Shown in pieces: positions 1-10,102 of a DNA stretch of 64,000 nucleotides; position 1 is the first letter of the stretch; each line of letters opens with the position of its first letter. This DNA comes from Patescibacteria group bacterium. Lineage in GTDB: Bacteria; Patescibacteriota; Patescibacteriia; Patescibacteriales; BM507. The stretch spans positions 9,499 through 73,498 of the forward strand of contig JAQIDC010000072.1 in assembly GCA_027858235.1 (NCBI GenBank), written 5' to 3'. The translations under genes were made by a program, and so were the position numbers. The notes below the pieces were generated by a model. That model was not told the DNA's origin, did no database searches, and saw only the letters and a program-made list of their open reading frames with translations.

Positions 1-221
1 CCCGAAAAAGGATTTGCTGATCTTCTGAGATTTTTTATTTTTACACTTTCAATCCCCTCTTCTTCTAACTTAATTGGCAAATAGCCATCTTCGCCATATG
101 CGACTGTCACGGTCTGCCCTGATTCTTTTAAGCATCTCGCTAAATTCAAAAGAAAAACCTGAGCACCGCCAAGTTCACCCTTTGTTATTACTAATAAAAT
201 ATTTTTTAGAGTCTTTTCCAT
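1..221 (-). CDS. glycosyltransferase (GT4-like), N-terminal part; 3' end lies outside the window
   Basis: Not in the ORF track. Reverse translation from ATG at 221..219 gives MEKTLKNILLVITKGELGGAQVFLLNLARCLKESGQTVTVAYGEDG... The frame stays open to position 1. The 'GGAQ...L...G..V.V' N-terminus is typical of GT-B family 4 enzymes. Confidence 0.5.
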   Translation of the reverse strand, partial: MEKTLKNILLVITKGELGGAQVFLLNLARCLKESGQTVTVAYGEDGYLPIKLEEEGIESVKIKNLRRSANPFS

Positions 222-226
222 TGTTT

Positions 227-640
227 TTAAAGTAATTTATCTTGATTGTTTTTTTCTTTAAAATAGTTCTCAGATTTATTAAATACTTCTTCGATCCATA
301 GAATTGTCTCCTGCGCGTCTTTATCAGAAACTGCTAGTCCGCCAGAATATAAATCATAATTTCTTTTTTTTCTTATCTTGTTCCCAACAGATTTAATATC
401 CTTCTTTTTAAGTACTATTGCTAATTCATCTATCAACTCTTTATGGTGACCTCTATTTGAATCAACTCTCAATCCTTCTTTTGCACAAACCGATATAGCT
501 AGCTTCAAGAGAGCATCATAGGCAAATCTAAATTTAACGTCATTGTTGTCGCTTCTTTTTGCTATCTTAAAATCTTTGTTTGCTGCACTAAAATATTTTG
601 TAATTTGATTCTCAGTAAATTTAAACTTTTTGAATGTCAT
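227..640 (-). CDS. HEPN-like helical protein, putative toxin partner of the upstream nucleotidyltransferase
   Basis: 137-aa ORF with a 4-nt overlap with the upstream NTase ORF. Predicted helical protein with 'AYDALLKLAISVCAKEGLRVDSNRGHHKEL' and a later 'RKKRNYDLY' segment, resembling HEPN proteins paired with MNT. Confidence 0.5.
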   Translation of the reverse strand: MTFKKFKFTENQITKYFSAANKDFKIAKRSDNNDVKFRFAYDALLKLAISVCAKEGLRVDSNRGHHKELIDELAIVLKKKDIKSVGNKIRKKRNYDLYSGGLAVSDKDAQETILWIEEVFNKSENYFKEKNNQDKLL

Positions 641-1179
641 ATTATTTTTAAATACTCGTTTGCGAAGATATTTTTTAAAAAATCATCTTCCCCTTTTTTC
701 TCTAAAAAATCTTTTTTGGAATAATTTACAACATTTATTTCTCTTCCAAAATCTTCCTCAAGACTAGACATTGCCTTAATGATTTCTATTGAAGAATGTT
801 TTCCAACAAGCAATAAATCAATATCGCTATTTTTGTTAAAATCACTTCTTAAAAATGATCCAAAAATATAGGCCAAATCTATCCCTGAAATTTTTTTCAA
901 TTCTTCTTTGATTCTGTTTTCAAAACCATACTTAAATATATAAATTTTTTTATATTCTTCGATAAGCGGAAAATTATTATTTAAAAAATATATTTTTCTA
1001 TTTCCATCCACCTCGCTACTTAGTAATTTTTCATCTTCTAGTTCTTTAAGTTTCTTACTTAAATTACTCACATCCAGCTTTAGAACACCTGCCAAATCGT
1101 GAAGATGTTTCCTTGTCTCTGGATTCATAAAAAAATATCCCAGCACCTTTATTATTATTTGAGATTTTTTATTAAACAT
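637..1179 (-). CDS. wHTH + minimal nucleotidyltransferase (MNT-type, putative antitoxin)
   Basis: N-terminal winged-helix-like segment, then 'YIFGSFLRSDFNKNSDIDLLLVG' (GS...DxD polbeta-NTase motif). Overlaps the downstream HEPN-like ORF by 4 nt. Confidence 0.65.
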   Translation of the reverse strand: MFNKKSQIIIKVLGYFFMNPETRKHLHDLAGVLKLDVSNLSKKLKELEDEKLLSSEVDGNRKIYFLNNNFPLIEEYKKIYIFKYGFENRIKEELKKISGIDLAYIFGSFLRSDFNKNSDIDLLLVGKHSSIEIIKAMSSLEEDFGREINVVNYSKKDFLEKKGEDDFLKNIFANEYLKII

Positions 1180-1254
1180 ATTGTGGTAAATAATTACTAT
1201 GATTATGGTATAAATATACCATGTTTTTATTTTTTGTCAACTCTAAAAGATAAA

Positions 1255-2025
1255 CTATATACCCTCCGCTCTAAAGAGTACATTCACAGTTTTATAGATT
1301 ATCTTCATGTCAAACATCAATATCTTCAGGGCTGAATTGTTGCGACAAAAATCTATATATTCATTATCCAGCTCAATATGACTTTTTTTTGCTATTCCTT
1401 TTTGTGACTGATAATTACCTGTCAAACCTGCCTTAATAACTTTCTTGCAATCATCCCCCCTGTCGAGTAAAACTTGATACACTTCAAGATTCACTGGTCT
1501 TGGCCCAACAAAGCTAATATCACCTATCAGAATGGCTAAAAACTGCGGAAATTCGTCGATATAGGTCTTTTGTAGAAGTTTACCCATATACGTCAAACTA
1601 TGGCCATTATGCTCCAAGGTTTTCGTGTGAATAAGAACTCCTCTTTTTCTTAAATCTTCTATTACTCTTGGTTTAAATATATTAAATTTTATCAGATTGA
1701 ATGGTTTTCCTTGAGATATTCTCTTTTCCACATAAAACAAAGACGCAAAAGTACGGTGGAGTGTAATATGTTCAATAAATACAAGAATCGCAATAAGAAG
1801 TGTAAACGGTAATGTTGCAATAATAATAATCAAAGAAAAAACAATATCAAGTATTCTTTTTGATATTGGCATATTTACTTGTATATTTTGGTTGTTATTT
1901 TTATTCATTCTTAATATTTTAACATATTTAACATACATGTCACTAGTTTGTTGGGTTGGATTGGGTTTGGATTGACATTTTAAAAGCCCATCGTTTTCTG
2001 ATGGGCTTTTTTTGCTCTGTTTCAT
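1255..2025 (-). CDS. polyprenyl-phosphate sugar phosphotransferase (bacterial sugar transferase family)
   Basis: TM helix followed by 'DEFPQFLAILIGDISFVGPRPV', the signature of WbaP/EpsL-type initiating transferases. Confidence 0.8.
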   Translation of the reverse strand: MKQSKKSPSENDGLLKCQSKPNPTQQTSDMYVKYVKILRMNKNNNQNIQVNMPISKRILDIVFSLIIIIATLPFTLLIAILVFIEHITLHRTFASLFYVEKRISQGKPFNLIKFNIFKPRVIEDLRKRGVLIHTKTLEHNGHSLTYMGKLLQKTYIDEFPQFLAILIGDISFVGPRPVNLEVYQVLLDRGDDCKKVIKAGLTGNYQSQKGIAKKSHIELDNEYIDFCRNNSALKILMFDMKIIYKTVNVLFRAEGI

Positions 2026-2327
2026 AAGTCTTCCTTTTTAAGAACGTCATTCCATAGATAGTCTACTATGCAATACTCTCCGTTGTCGTCATCCCTGAAC
2101 TTAAAAAATATCTTTTTTGGAGATGGGAATAAAAGTACGCAACCATTCTTTTTTTCAATTTCAACCATATATTCAGAAAATTTCGAAGGATGTACATACA
2201 TGAAAGTATCCAACAATTCATCTAGTGAAAAAATATTGTCTTGTGGTATGAATTTGTTTCCTGAATTGTTGTCTTCTGGAGTTGATATTTTTGATATATC
2301 AATATTATTTTTATTGATCTGTCTCAT
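2022..2327 (-). CDS. hypothetical protein
   Basis: 101-aa ORF, 4-nt overlap with the sugar transferase start. No motif recognised. Confidence 0.45.
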   Translation of the reverse strand: MRQINKNNIDISKISTPEDNNSGNKFIPQDNIFSLDELLDTFMYVHPSKFSEYMVEIEKKNGCVLLFPSPKKIFFKFRDDDNGEYCIVDYLWNDVLKKEDL

Positions 2328-2425
2328 AACAAACTCCTTTCAAAGGTTGGGTTAAAAAGGGCTAGCTACTTTCATTATGACATAGTTAAGCTTATTGGCC
2401 TATGACACAGAAGTTTGGCTTCCAA

Positions 2426-2454
2426 GACAAAAAGCCCCGTTTCTCAAGGGCTTT
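2426..2454 (-). terminator. intrinsic terminator candidate downstream of 2594..3052
   Basis: Minus strand reads AAAGCCC-uugagaaacg-GGGCUUU followed by UUUUUGUC. Confidence 0.5.
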
Positions 2455-2593
2455 ATTTATTAAAATTCATCAACTTCATCATTAGGAACTGAATTTGCTA
2501 CATAGAAAATGTTATTTTAAATATTCATCAAAGGATTTATCATTTTATATTCTGTTCATTTTGCCCTCCTTCTGAAAAGAGTTTAGGGTTCTG

Positions 2594-3052
2594 TTACCTG
2601 TTCTTGTCTTTCAATATATCAATTTTCTTTTTTACTTCATGAGGTTTCTCTATACTGCTTAAAAAAACCTCCTCCTGACTTGTTCCAGCAGTATTTATGG
2701 AAAGATGTCCTGTGTGAGTTATTATTCTTTCAAAAAAAGGTTCTCCTACATTTATATCAGTAATTTTTGAATAATCTATGCTGGTCAAATTGGTTGACAG
2801 CCAACCCCTGTGAATCAATATCCGTTTGTTCGTGAGTGCATAGGCATTGGCCACTCGGAAATAAAAACCAAAGAAAAACCAAACAGAAAGCAGAAGCATC
2901 GTTGCTGAATACACCTCAATGAACATCATCAAAACAGAAATAACAGTCAAGACGACAAGGCCAATCTTGAGATATCTTTCCCCTATTGAGAATTCATATT
3001 CTATCTTTTCATCAGTTCCCAAAACTTTTTTCCAAATTTTTTCGTAATTCAT
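2594..3052 (-). CDS. membrane protein with bacterial PH (bPH_2/YdbT-like) domain
   Basis: Two N-terminal TM helices, then 'YALTNKRILIHRGWLSTNLTSIDYSKITDINV', typical of bPH domains. Confidence 0.6.
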   Translation of the reverse strand: MNYEKIWKKVLGTDEKIEYEFSIGERYLKIGLVVLTVISVLMMFIEVYSATMLLLSVWFFFGFYFRVANAYALTNKRILIHRGWLSTNLTSIDYSKITDINVGEPFFERIITHTGHLSINTAGTSQEEVFLSSIEKPHEVKKKIDILKDKNR

Positions 3053-3057
3053 AAATT

Positions 3058-3684
3058 TTAAATATTAACTCTTTTACTATCGAGTAGCCCAATTAAAAAC
3101 TTTTTGACTTTTTCTAACTCGACCTTATTGTCGTGTTTAAACATAATAGGCTCAGTATCTATGTCATCGAAATATACCAAACTTTTCAAGATTAAATTAA
3201 CATCAATATCCTCAAACTTTTTCTGACATAAATCTAAAATTTCTTCAAAATCATGCTCTTTGAAAATAAAATATAAATCAATATAATCTTTATTTGTAGC
3301 TCTGCTTAAGATAGCTGACAACTTCATGCAGGCAATATCCTCGATTGAGGCTAGGGCCAAATAATCTTCTTCAATCAAATTCTTTAGCAGTTTATATCTA
3401 TAGGAAAAAAAACTCAATTTAACATCACCGTCAATCAAGACAGTTAGCGTATTTTTATCTTCTTGAATTTTCAAAACTTTATAATCAACAAACACCTCTT
3501 TTATTGCTGTGAATAATTCCGTGGTATCAATATTTCCTTGTTTAAAGAAATCAAAATCAACACTATCTCTGTGCCCGATTTGCAAAGCCAAAGAAGTCCC
3601 TCCAGCCAAGTAAAACTCTTTTTTAAAAAAACTTAAAAGAGGTAAAATCTTAATTCTTTTTTTATCTAAAATGTCGTAAAACAT
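3058..3684 (-). CDS. nucleotidyltransferase, AbiEii/AbiGii toxin-like family
   Basis: 'YLAGGTSLALQIGHRDSVDFDFF' N-terminal NTase motif characteristic of the AbiEii-like (DUF1814) family. Confidence 0.65.
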   Translation of the reverse strand: MFYDILDKKRIKILPLLSFFKKEFYLAGGTSLALQIGHRDSVDFDFFKQGNIDTTELFTAIKEVFVDYKVLKIQEDKNTLTVLIDGDVKLSFFSYRYKLLKNLIEEDYLALASIEDIACMKLSAILSRATNKDYIDLYFIFKEHDFEEILDLCQKKFEDIDVNLILKSLVYFDDIDTEPIMFKHDNKVELEKVKKFLIGLLDSKRVNI

Positions 3685-3955
3685 GTTTTGTTTTTTTAGG
3701 TTCTAACTTGAAAATAATTGACCAATAATTTAATGATTTATTGTTCCATTCACCGGGTAAGGGGTTTTCGACTTGCTCTTTTATGTCTTTTTTGCCATAA
3801 ATACTAAACAATAAATCAGTTGTTTCTTTTGTGCCTAGATTTAAAATATTGGTAATAATCCTTTTTTTATTTTTATAAATATCCATTTTGGAAACATCAA
3901 ATGACCAAAGAAATGGCTTAAATTTTTTTAAAATTTCTGTTTGATTTTGTTCCAT
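3662..3955 (-). CDS. small partner protein of the AbiEii-like NTase (antitoxin candidate)
   Basis: 97-aa ORF overlapping the NTase start by 23 nt. The 'FKPFLWSFDVSKMDIYKNKKRIITNILNLG' pattern resembles small proteins commonly found upstream of AbiEii-like genes (family name recalled from memory only, not verified). Confidence 0.45.
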   Translation of the reverse strand: MEQNQTEILKKFKPFLWSFDVSKMDIYKNKKRIITNILNLGTKETTDLLFSIYGKKDIKEQVENPLPGEWNNKSLNYWSIIFKLEPKKTKHVLRHFR

Positions 3956-4059
3956 ATAACGCTATATTATCACATATTTAACCAAAAATCAAGAAAGAAT
4001 TTATACTTTTTTAAACAAAAATTCCCCTACAACTAGGGGAATTTTAAGAGTTTGTTATG

Positions 4060-4115
4060 CGGAGAGGACGAGATTCGAACTCGTGGTACCTTTGACAGCA
4101 CACACGCTTTCTCCG
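4060..4115 (-). other. tRNA-like 3' fragment (T-arm + acceptor 3' strand of a Ser-type tRNA), no complete cloverleaf
   Basis: Minus strand: CGGAGA-aagcgtgtgtgctgtcaaaggtacc-ACGAG-TTCGAAT-CTCGT-CCTCTCC-G. It has a perfect T-arm and the acceptor 3' strand CCTCTCCG. No matching 5' strand (GGAGAGG), D-arm or anticodon arm could be found upstream. Confidence 0.4.
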
Positions 4116-4163
4116 TTCAGCTAGCTTTGCTAGTGAACGGATCCGTTCGCTCTGCCGAACGGA
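4112..4163 (-). repeat. two abutting hairpins sharing the same arms (TCCGTTC / GAACGGA)
   Basis: 4112..4141 = TCCGTTCAGCTAGC-TTT-GCTAGTGAACGGA. 4142..4163 = TCCGTTCG-CTCTGC-CGAACGGA. The arms are interchangeable, so alternative or cruciform pairings are possible. Confidence 0.55.
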
Positions 4164-4181
4164 CAAGCATAGGTTTTCCTG

Positions 4182-4265
4182 CGGAAGGAGAGGGATTCGA
4201 ACCCTCGTGGGCTTTCACCCACCTGCTTTCCAAGCAGGCGCCATAGGCCACTAGGCGACCCTTCC
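4182..4265 (-). tRNA. tRNA-Ser (anticodon GGA)
   Basis: Reverse complement: GGAAGGG-TC-GCC-TAGTGGCCTAT-GGC-G-CCTGC-TTGGAAA-GCAGG-TGGGTGAAAGCCCAC-GAGGG-TTCGAAT-CCCTC-TCCTTCC-G. Full class II cloverleaf with long variable arm. CCA is not encoded. Confidence 0.93.
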
Positions 4266-4270
4266 AAATA

Positions 4271-4519
4271 CTATTTTAAAAAATATAACCTTTTATCCAA
4301 AATACGTCTACCCTGACTTGTCTTATAAAAAATTTCTTGATCTCTTGCCGCTTTTTCGTCTATAAATGCTTCATAATAAACAAGTTTTAATGGTCTTCTG
4401 TTTTTAGTGATTTCGATTCTTCCTTTTTGATGATCTTCTATTCTCTTTTTCAAGTCTGAACTAAACCCAGTGTATCTATTCCCATCTTTTTCGCTATTTA
4501 GAACATAAACATAAAACAT
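4271..4519 (-). CDS. GIY-YIG nuclease family protein (small, UPF0213-like)
   Basis: 'MFYVYVLNSEKDGNRYTGFSSDLKKRIEDHQKG' = GIY...YTG motif block. 82 aa. Confidence 0.8.
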   Translation of the reverse strand: MFYVYVLNSEKDGNRYTGFSSDLKKRIEDHQKGRIEITKNRRPLKLVYYEAFIDEKAARDQEIFYKTSQGRRILDKRLYFLK

Positions 4520-4543
4520 ATTTTTCCTTTGTTTTCAATTTTT

Positions 4544-5296
4544 TTATCTTCTCAACCCTTCCTCAACTATAGTTTTTAATCCTTTTTTTTCTTTCCCTAA
4601 CTGATCAACGAAATCATCATATGGATAAGCCCCTGCTAATGGTTTGCCGTTTATAAAAGTAGTTGGGGTTCCAGTCACTCCGTAACTCTTTGCTTCTTGG
4701 ACTAATTTTTCAATTTTATTTTTATACTTTTCTGATTCAAGGCATTCTGTAAATTGCTCAACATTTAACTCAAGCTCTTCTGCGTCTTTTATATATTCTA
4801 ATCTACTTTGTAATTTATTCGCACTGTCTTCATAGAGTTTATCATACATTCCCCATGTACTGCCTTGCTCAACTGCACATTCAAATGCAAATGCAGCATC
4901 AAGAGCTAGACTATGGTTACTTAAAATAAAATGTCTAAAAGCGAACACAACATTATCGGCATATTCTTCACTAATTCTTTTTAAGTCACTAACATATGTA
5001 TTACAAAAAGGACATTCAAAATCTGAATAATATATTATTTTTACTGGGGCGTCCAAATTACCAATATAATTATCATCTTCGCTAATTGGTCTCATTTGTA
5101 ACTGTTGAACCCTCTTGGCTGCATCAATTGCTTGCATATATGGATTTTCGGATTCGGAATCATCAATCAATCCAGTGTCTCCCAATATATTTTCAACGGC
5201 CACCTTGTCTTCTCTAAAAGAGTAGGCATAAGCAAGACCTATTAACGCAAAAACTACCAATAAAACAACTATTGAATAACCTTTATTATTTTTCAT
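4544..5296 (-). CDS. DsbA-like thioredoxin-fold oxidoreductase, membrane anchored
   Basis: N-terminal TM helix, 'YSDFECPFCNTY' CxxC active site, and a C-terminal 'GTPTTFINGK' block typical of the DsbA/thioredoxin_4 family. Confidence 0.75.
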   Translation of the reverse strand: MKNNKGYSIVVLLVVFALIGLAYAYSFREDKVAVENILGDTGLIDDSESENPYMQAIDAAKRVQQLQMRPISEDDNYIGNLDAPVKIIYYSDFECPFCNTYVSDLKRISEEYADNVVFAFRHFILSNHSLALDAAFAFECAVEQGSTWGMYDKLYEDSANKLQSRLEYIKDAEELELNVEQFTECLESEKYKNKIEKLVQEAKSYGVTGTPTTFINGKPLAGAYPYDDFVDQLGKEKKGLKTIVEEGLRR

Positions 5297-5323
5297 ACAC
5301 TTTATTTAGATAATAAATAATAT

Positions 5324-6775
5324 TTAAAAACTAATTTCTGGTTTTGTGATATTATAATTCTTCTCAAAATTCCCCGCAACTCTCAAAATTGTTTTTTCAT
5401 CAAACCTAGCACCAATCAATTGCATCCCTATGGGAAGCCCTTCCGAAAAACCACATGGAACCGATACAGCTGGCAAACCAGCCAATGATGCACTCGTCAC
5501 GTAAATATCTTCCAAATACATTTTGAGTGGATCATTTGATTGCTCCCCTATCTTAAAAGCTGTATGAGGTGAAGTTGGGGTAAGAATAACATCTACTTTT
5601 TTTAAAGCCTCATCCATTTCATTCTTAATTAATGTTCTGACTTTTTGAGCTTTCAAATAATAAGCATCGTAATAGCCGGCCGACAAAGCATATGTTCCAA
5701 GCATTATCCTTCTCTTTGCTTCTGGCCCAAAACCCCTACCCCTGCTTTTTGAATATATTTCAAACAAATCATTTCCATTTTGCTCAGATAGGCCGTATCG
5801 AATGCCGTCAAAACGAGCGAGATTCGAACTTATTTCCGAAGGAGTTATAATATAATAAACAGGAACAGCATATTTTGTGTGAGGCAAACTAATATCAACA
5901 AATTCTGCTCCTAGCTCTTTTAGTTTTTCAATAGAATTGTTTAGCGCTTCTGCAACATCCCCTTCCATTCCTTCTTCAAAATATTCTTTTGGTAGGCCGA
6001 TTTTTAATCCTTTAATGTCTTTTGACAATTCTTCGCTATACTTATCTATTTTTTCGTCTACTGTTGTTAAATCATTTTTATCTATTCCAGAAATAATTTC
6101 CTGAACAATAGCAGCGTCTTCGACTGTTTTTGTGAGAGGTCCCGGAACGTCAGTAGAACTAGTCATTGCAATAAGCCCAAAACGTGAAGCTCTCCCATAG
6201 GTTGGTTTCAATCCAACTACACCGCAAAAAGATGCTGGACAGCGAACTGAACCTCCGGTGTCTGTTCCTAGTGCAAATACGCACATGTCAGAAGCCACGG
6301 CAGCTGCTGAGCCACCAGAAGATCCACCTGGAACTCGTGTTAAATCCCATGGATTGTGAGTGGTCCCAAAAGCAGAGTTTTCTGTTGAAGCCCCATGAGC
6401 AAACTCATCTAGATTTGATTTGGCTAGCAAAATTGCCCCTGCTTCCTTGAGTTTTTTTATAATCGTTGCATCATACGGAGCAATATATTTTTCTAATATT
6501 TTTGATGAAGCAGTTGTTTTCACTCCTTTTGTTAGAATATTGTCTTTTGCAATAAATGGAATACCCAAAAGTTCTGTCCATTCACCTTTCGCTATTTTTT
6601 CATCGGCAATGCTAGCTTCCTCTAAAGCCTCTTTTTCCAAAACAGTAATAAGGGCCTTTATTTTTCCGTCTTCTTTTTTTATCCTATCAAGACAAGCGGT
6701 CACTAATTCAACAGAAGTTATTTCTCTGCTTTTTAGTTTAGTTTGCGCTTGAGTTAAGCTAAGTTCATTTAACAT
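5324..6775 (-). CDS. gatA: Asp-tRNA(Asn)/Glu-tRNA(Gln) amidotransferase subunit A
   Basis: Amidase signature 'GGSSGGSAAAVA' and 'GTDTGGSVRCPASFCG'. 483 aa. Lies next to gatC. Confidence 0.93.
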   Translation of the reverse strand: MLNELSLTQAQTKLKSREITSVELVTACLDRIKKEDGKIKALITVLEKEALEEASIADEKIAKGEWTELLGIPFIAKDNILTKGVKTTASSKILEKYIAPYDATIIKKLKEAGAILLAKSNLDEFAHGASTENSAFGTTHNPWDLTRVPGGSSGGSAAAVASDMCVFALGTDTGGSVRCPASFCGVVGLKPTYGRASRFGLIAMTSSTDVPGPLTKTVEDAAIVQEIISGIDKNDLTTVDEKIDKYSEELSKDIKGLKIGLPKEYFEEGMEGDVAEALNNSIEKLKELGAEFVDISLPHTKYAVPVYYIITPSEISSNLARFDGIRYGLSEQNGNDLFEIYSKSRGRGFGPEAKRRIMLGTYALSAGYYDAYYLKAQKVRTLIKNEMDEALKKVDVILTPTSPHTAFKIGEQSNDPLKMYLEDIYVTSASLAGLPAVSVPCGFSEGLPIGMQLIGARFDEKTILRVAGNFEKNYNITKPEISF

Positions 6776-6779
6776 AGAT

Positions 6780-6811
6780 CATGTAGCATGTAACACAAAA
6801 CATGTAACATA
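6780..6811. repeat. left arm of the inverted repeat bracketing the four-helix-bundle gene
   Basis: CATGTAGCATGTAACACAAAACATGTAACATA. Its reverse complement matches TATGTTACATGTTTTGTG...CTACATG at 7172..7196 (18 + 7 nt identical, one 7-nt indel). Confidence 0.7.
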
Positions 6812-6819
6812 CAAAAAAT

Positions 6820-7164
6820 TTATTTTATTATTTTATATACCATAGCCCCTATCTCTTCTGACAATACTAGTGCTTTTTCATAATCACTCTTTTGTAAATA
6901 CTTTTCTACTAGACAGAAATGCAGTAAATATTTTGATTCCTTTAGGGATCCGTAAGATATTTCTAAGAAATTTTTATAAACTTTACAATTATCACCTTTC
7001 CTCCTAGCATAGCCCTCAATGTAGTTGAGAACAACCGACAAAGATGATCTTCTTAATTGAGATGTAATCCCGTAAATTTCATCTTTAGGAAAATTTTTAG
7101 TAAATCCATAAACCAAATGAGCATATTCATCCATTCTAATTCTTAGTTTTTCATGATATGTCAT
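6820..7164 (-). CDS. four-helix-bundle protein ('23S rRNA intervening-sequence protein' / Avd-like family)
   Basis: 114 aa. 'LVYGFTKNFPKDEIYGITSQLRRSSLSVVLNYIEGYARRKG...SLKESKYLLHF' matches the hallmark blocks of this family. Confidence 0.8.
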   Translation of the reverse strand: MTYHEKLRIRMDEYAHLVYGFTKNFPKDEIYGITSQLRRSSLSVVLNYIEGYARRKGDNCKVYKNFLEISYGSLKESKYLLHFCLVEKYLQKSDYEKALVLSEEIGAMVYKIIK

Positions 7165-7171
7165 ATGTTTT

Positions 7172-7196
7172 TATGTTACATGTTTTGTGCTACATG
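7172..7196. repeat. right arm of the inverted repeat bracketing the four-helix-bundle gene
   Basis: TATGTTACATGTTTTGTGCTACATG, complementary to 6780..6811. Confidence 0.7.
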
Positions 7197-7205
7197 TTTT
7201 GTGCA

Positions 7206-7496
7206 CTATAGTACTCTCTTTACCTTCACTTGATGATTTTCTAACTCAGGTGCTTGGCTCAAAGCATCCTCTCTTTCGTCATTAAGCCATTGTTCATCTT
7301 TGTCTTCTCTTAGTCCATTTAAAAGTCCTGTCACTTGAGCAGTTGGCTCGACTTGACTTGTATCGACTTCCTGAAGCTGGTCAATATAACCTAGAATATC
7401 TGACAATTGATCACCATACTGTATAAATTCTGCTTCGCTTAACTCAAGACGAGCTAATTTTGCAATATGTTCTATATCTTTTTTCTCTAATTTCAT
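7206..7496 (-). CDS. gatC: Asp-tRNA(Asn)/Glu-tRNA(Gln) amidotransferase subunit C
   Basis: 96 aa. 'IEHIAKLARLELSEAE...LSDILGYIDQLQEVDTSQVEP' is the typical GatC sequence. Confidence 0.9.
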   Translation of the reverse strand: MKLEKKDIEHIAKLARLELSEAEFIQYGDQLSDILGYIDQLQEVDTSQVEPTAQVTGLLNGLREDKDEQWLNDEREDALSQAPELENHQVKVKRVL

Positions 7497-7555
7497 AGTT
7501 TTAGTTAATAGTTAAAAGATGAAAGTTAAAAGTTACTTATTAATTCTTTATATTT

Positions 7556-9670
<2,115 letters not shown>

Positions 9671-10102
9671 CTAATAGACTAGACGCACTGCTCTTCTGGT
9701 TCCCCTATATTCTCCGAAGTTAGTTAATGTTGTTGTGGCATCAACTGTATCGTAATTATATAAAATATAATATTCGGCACCATCAAAGAGAGTTGATCTT
9801 TGTTCAGTGCCCACACAGCCATCAAAGCCTGTATTTATATACTCTCCATCTTCACAAGTTGGCGTCCCAGTTGGCGGATCAAATACCCCTTTCCTAACCT
9901 CCCAAAGGAACTTCTCTGCGCCAGCCTCAGCCGCAAAATAAGCTTGTGTCGCATTGGCCTGAGTCTTAGACACTTTCAATCCATTTATAACAACACTACC
10001 AAGAGACAAGCCCACTGTCAAAATACTAGTCATTATCAACAATGTTATCATCAATAAAGTAGCACCTCTTTTGTTTGTTAATATTTTTTTTAAATTATTC
10101 AT
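9671..10102 (-). CDS. PilX-N-like pseudopilin / pilus-associated protein
   Basis: 'KRGATLLMITLLIMTSILTVGLSL' hydrophobic N-terminus resembling the PilX N-terminal domain. Last gene of the minor-pilin block. Confidence 0.5.
   Translation of the reverse strand: MNNLKKILTNKRGATLLMITLLIMTSILTVGLSLGSVVINGLKVSKTQANATQAYFAAEAGAEKFLWEVRKGVFDPPTGTPTCEDGEYINTGFDGCVGTEQRSTLFDGAEYYILYNYDTVDATTTLTNFGEYRGTRRAVRLVY

Noticed and set aside
4052-4246. 64-aa plus-strand ORF
   Set aside because: It is the antisense of tRNA-Ser(GGA) and the tRNA-like fragment, so it is not a gene.
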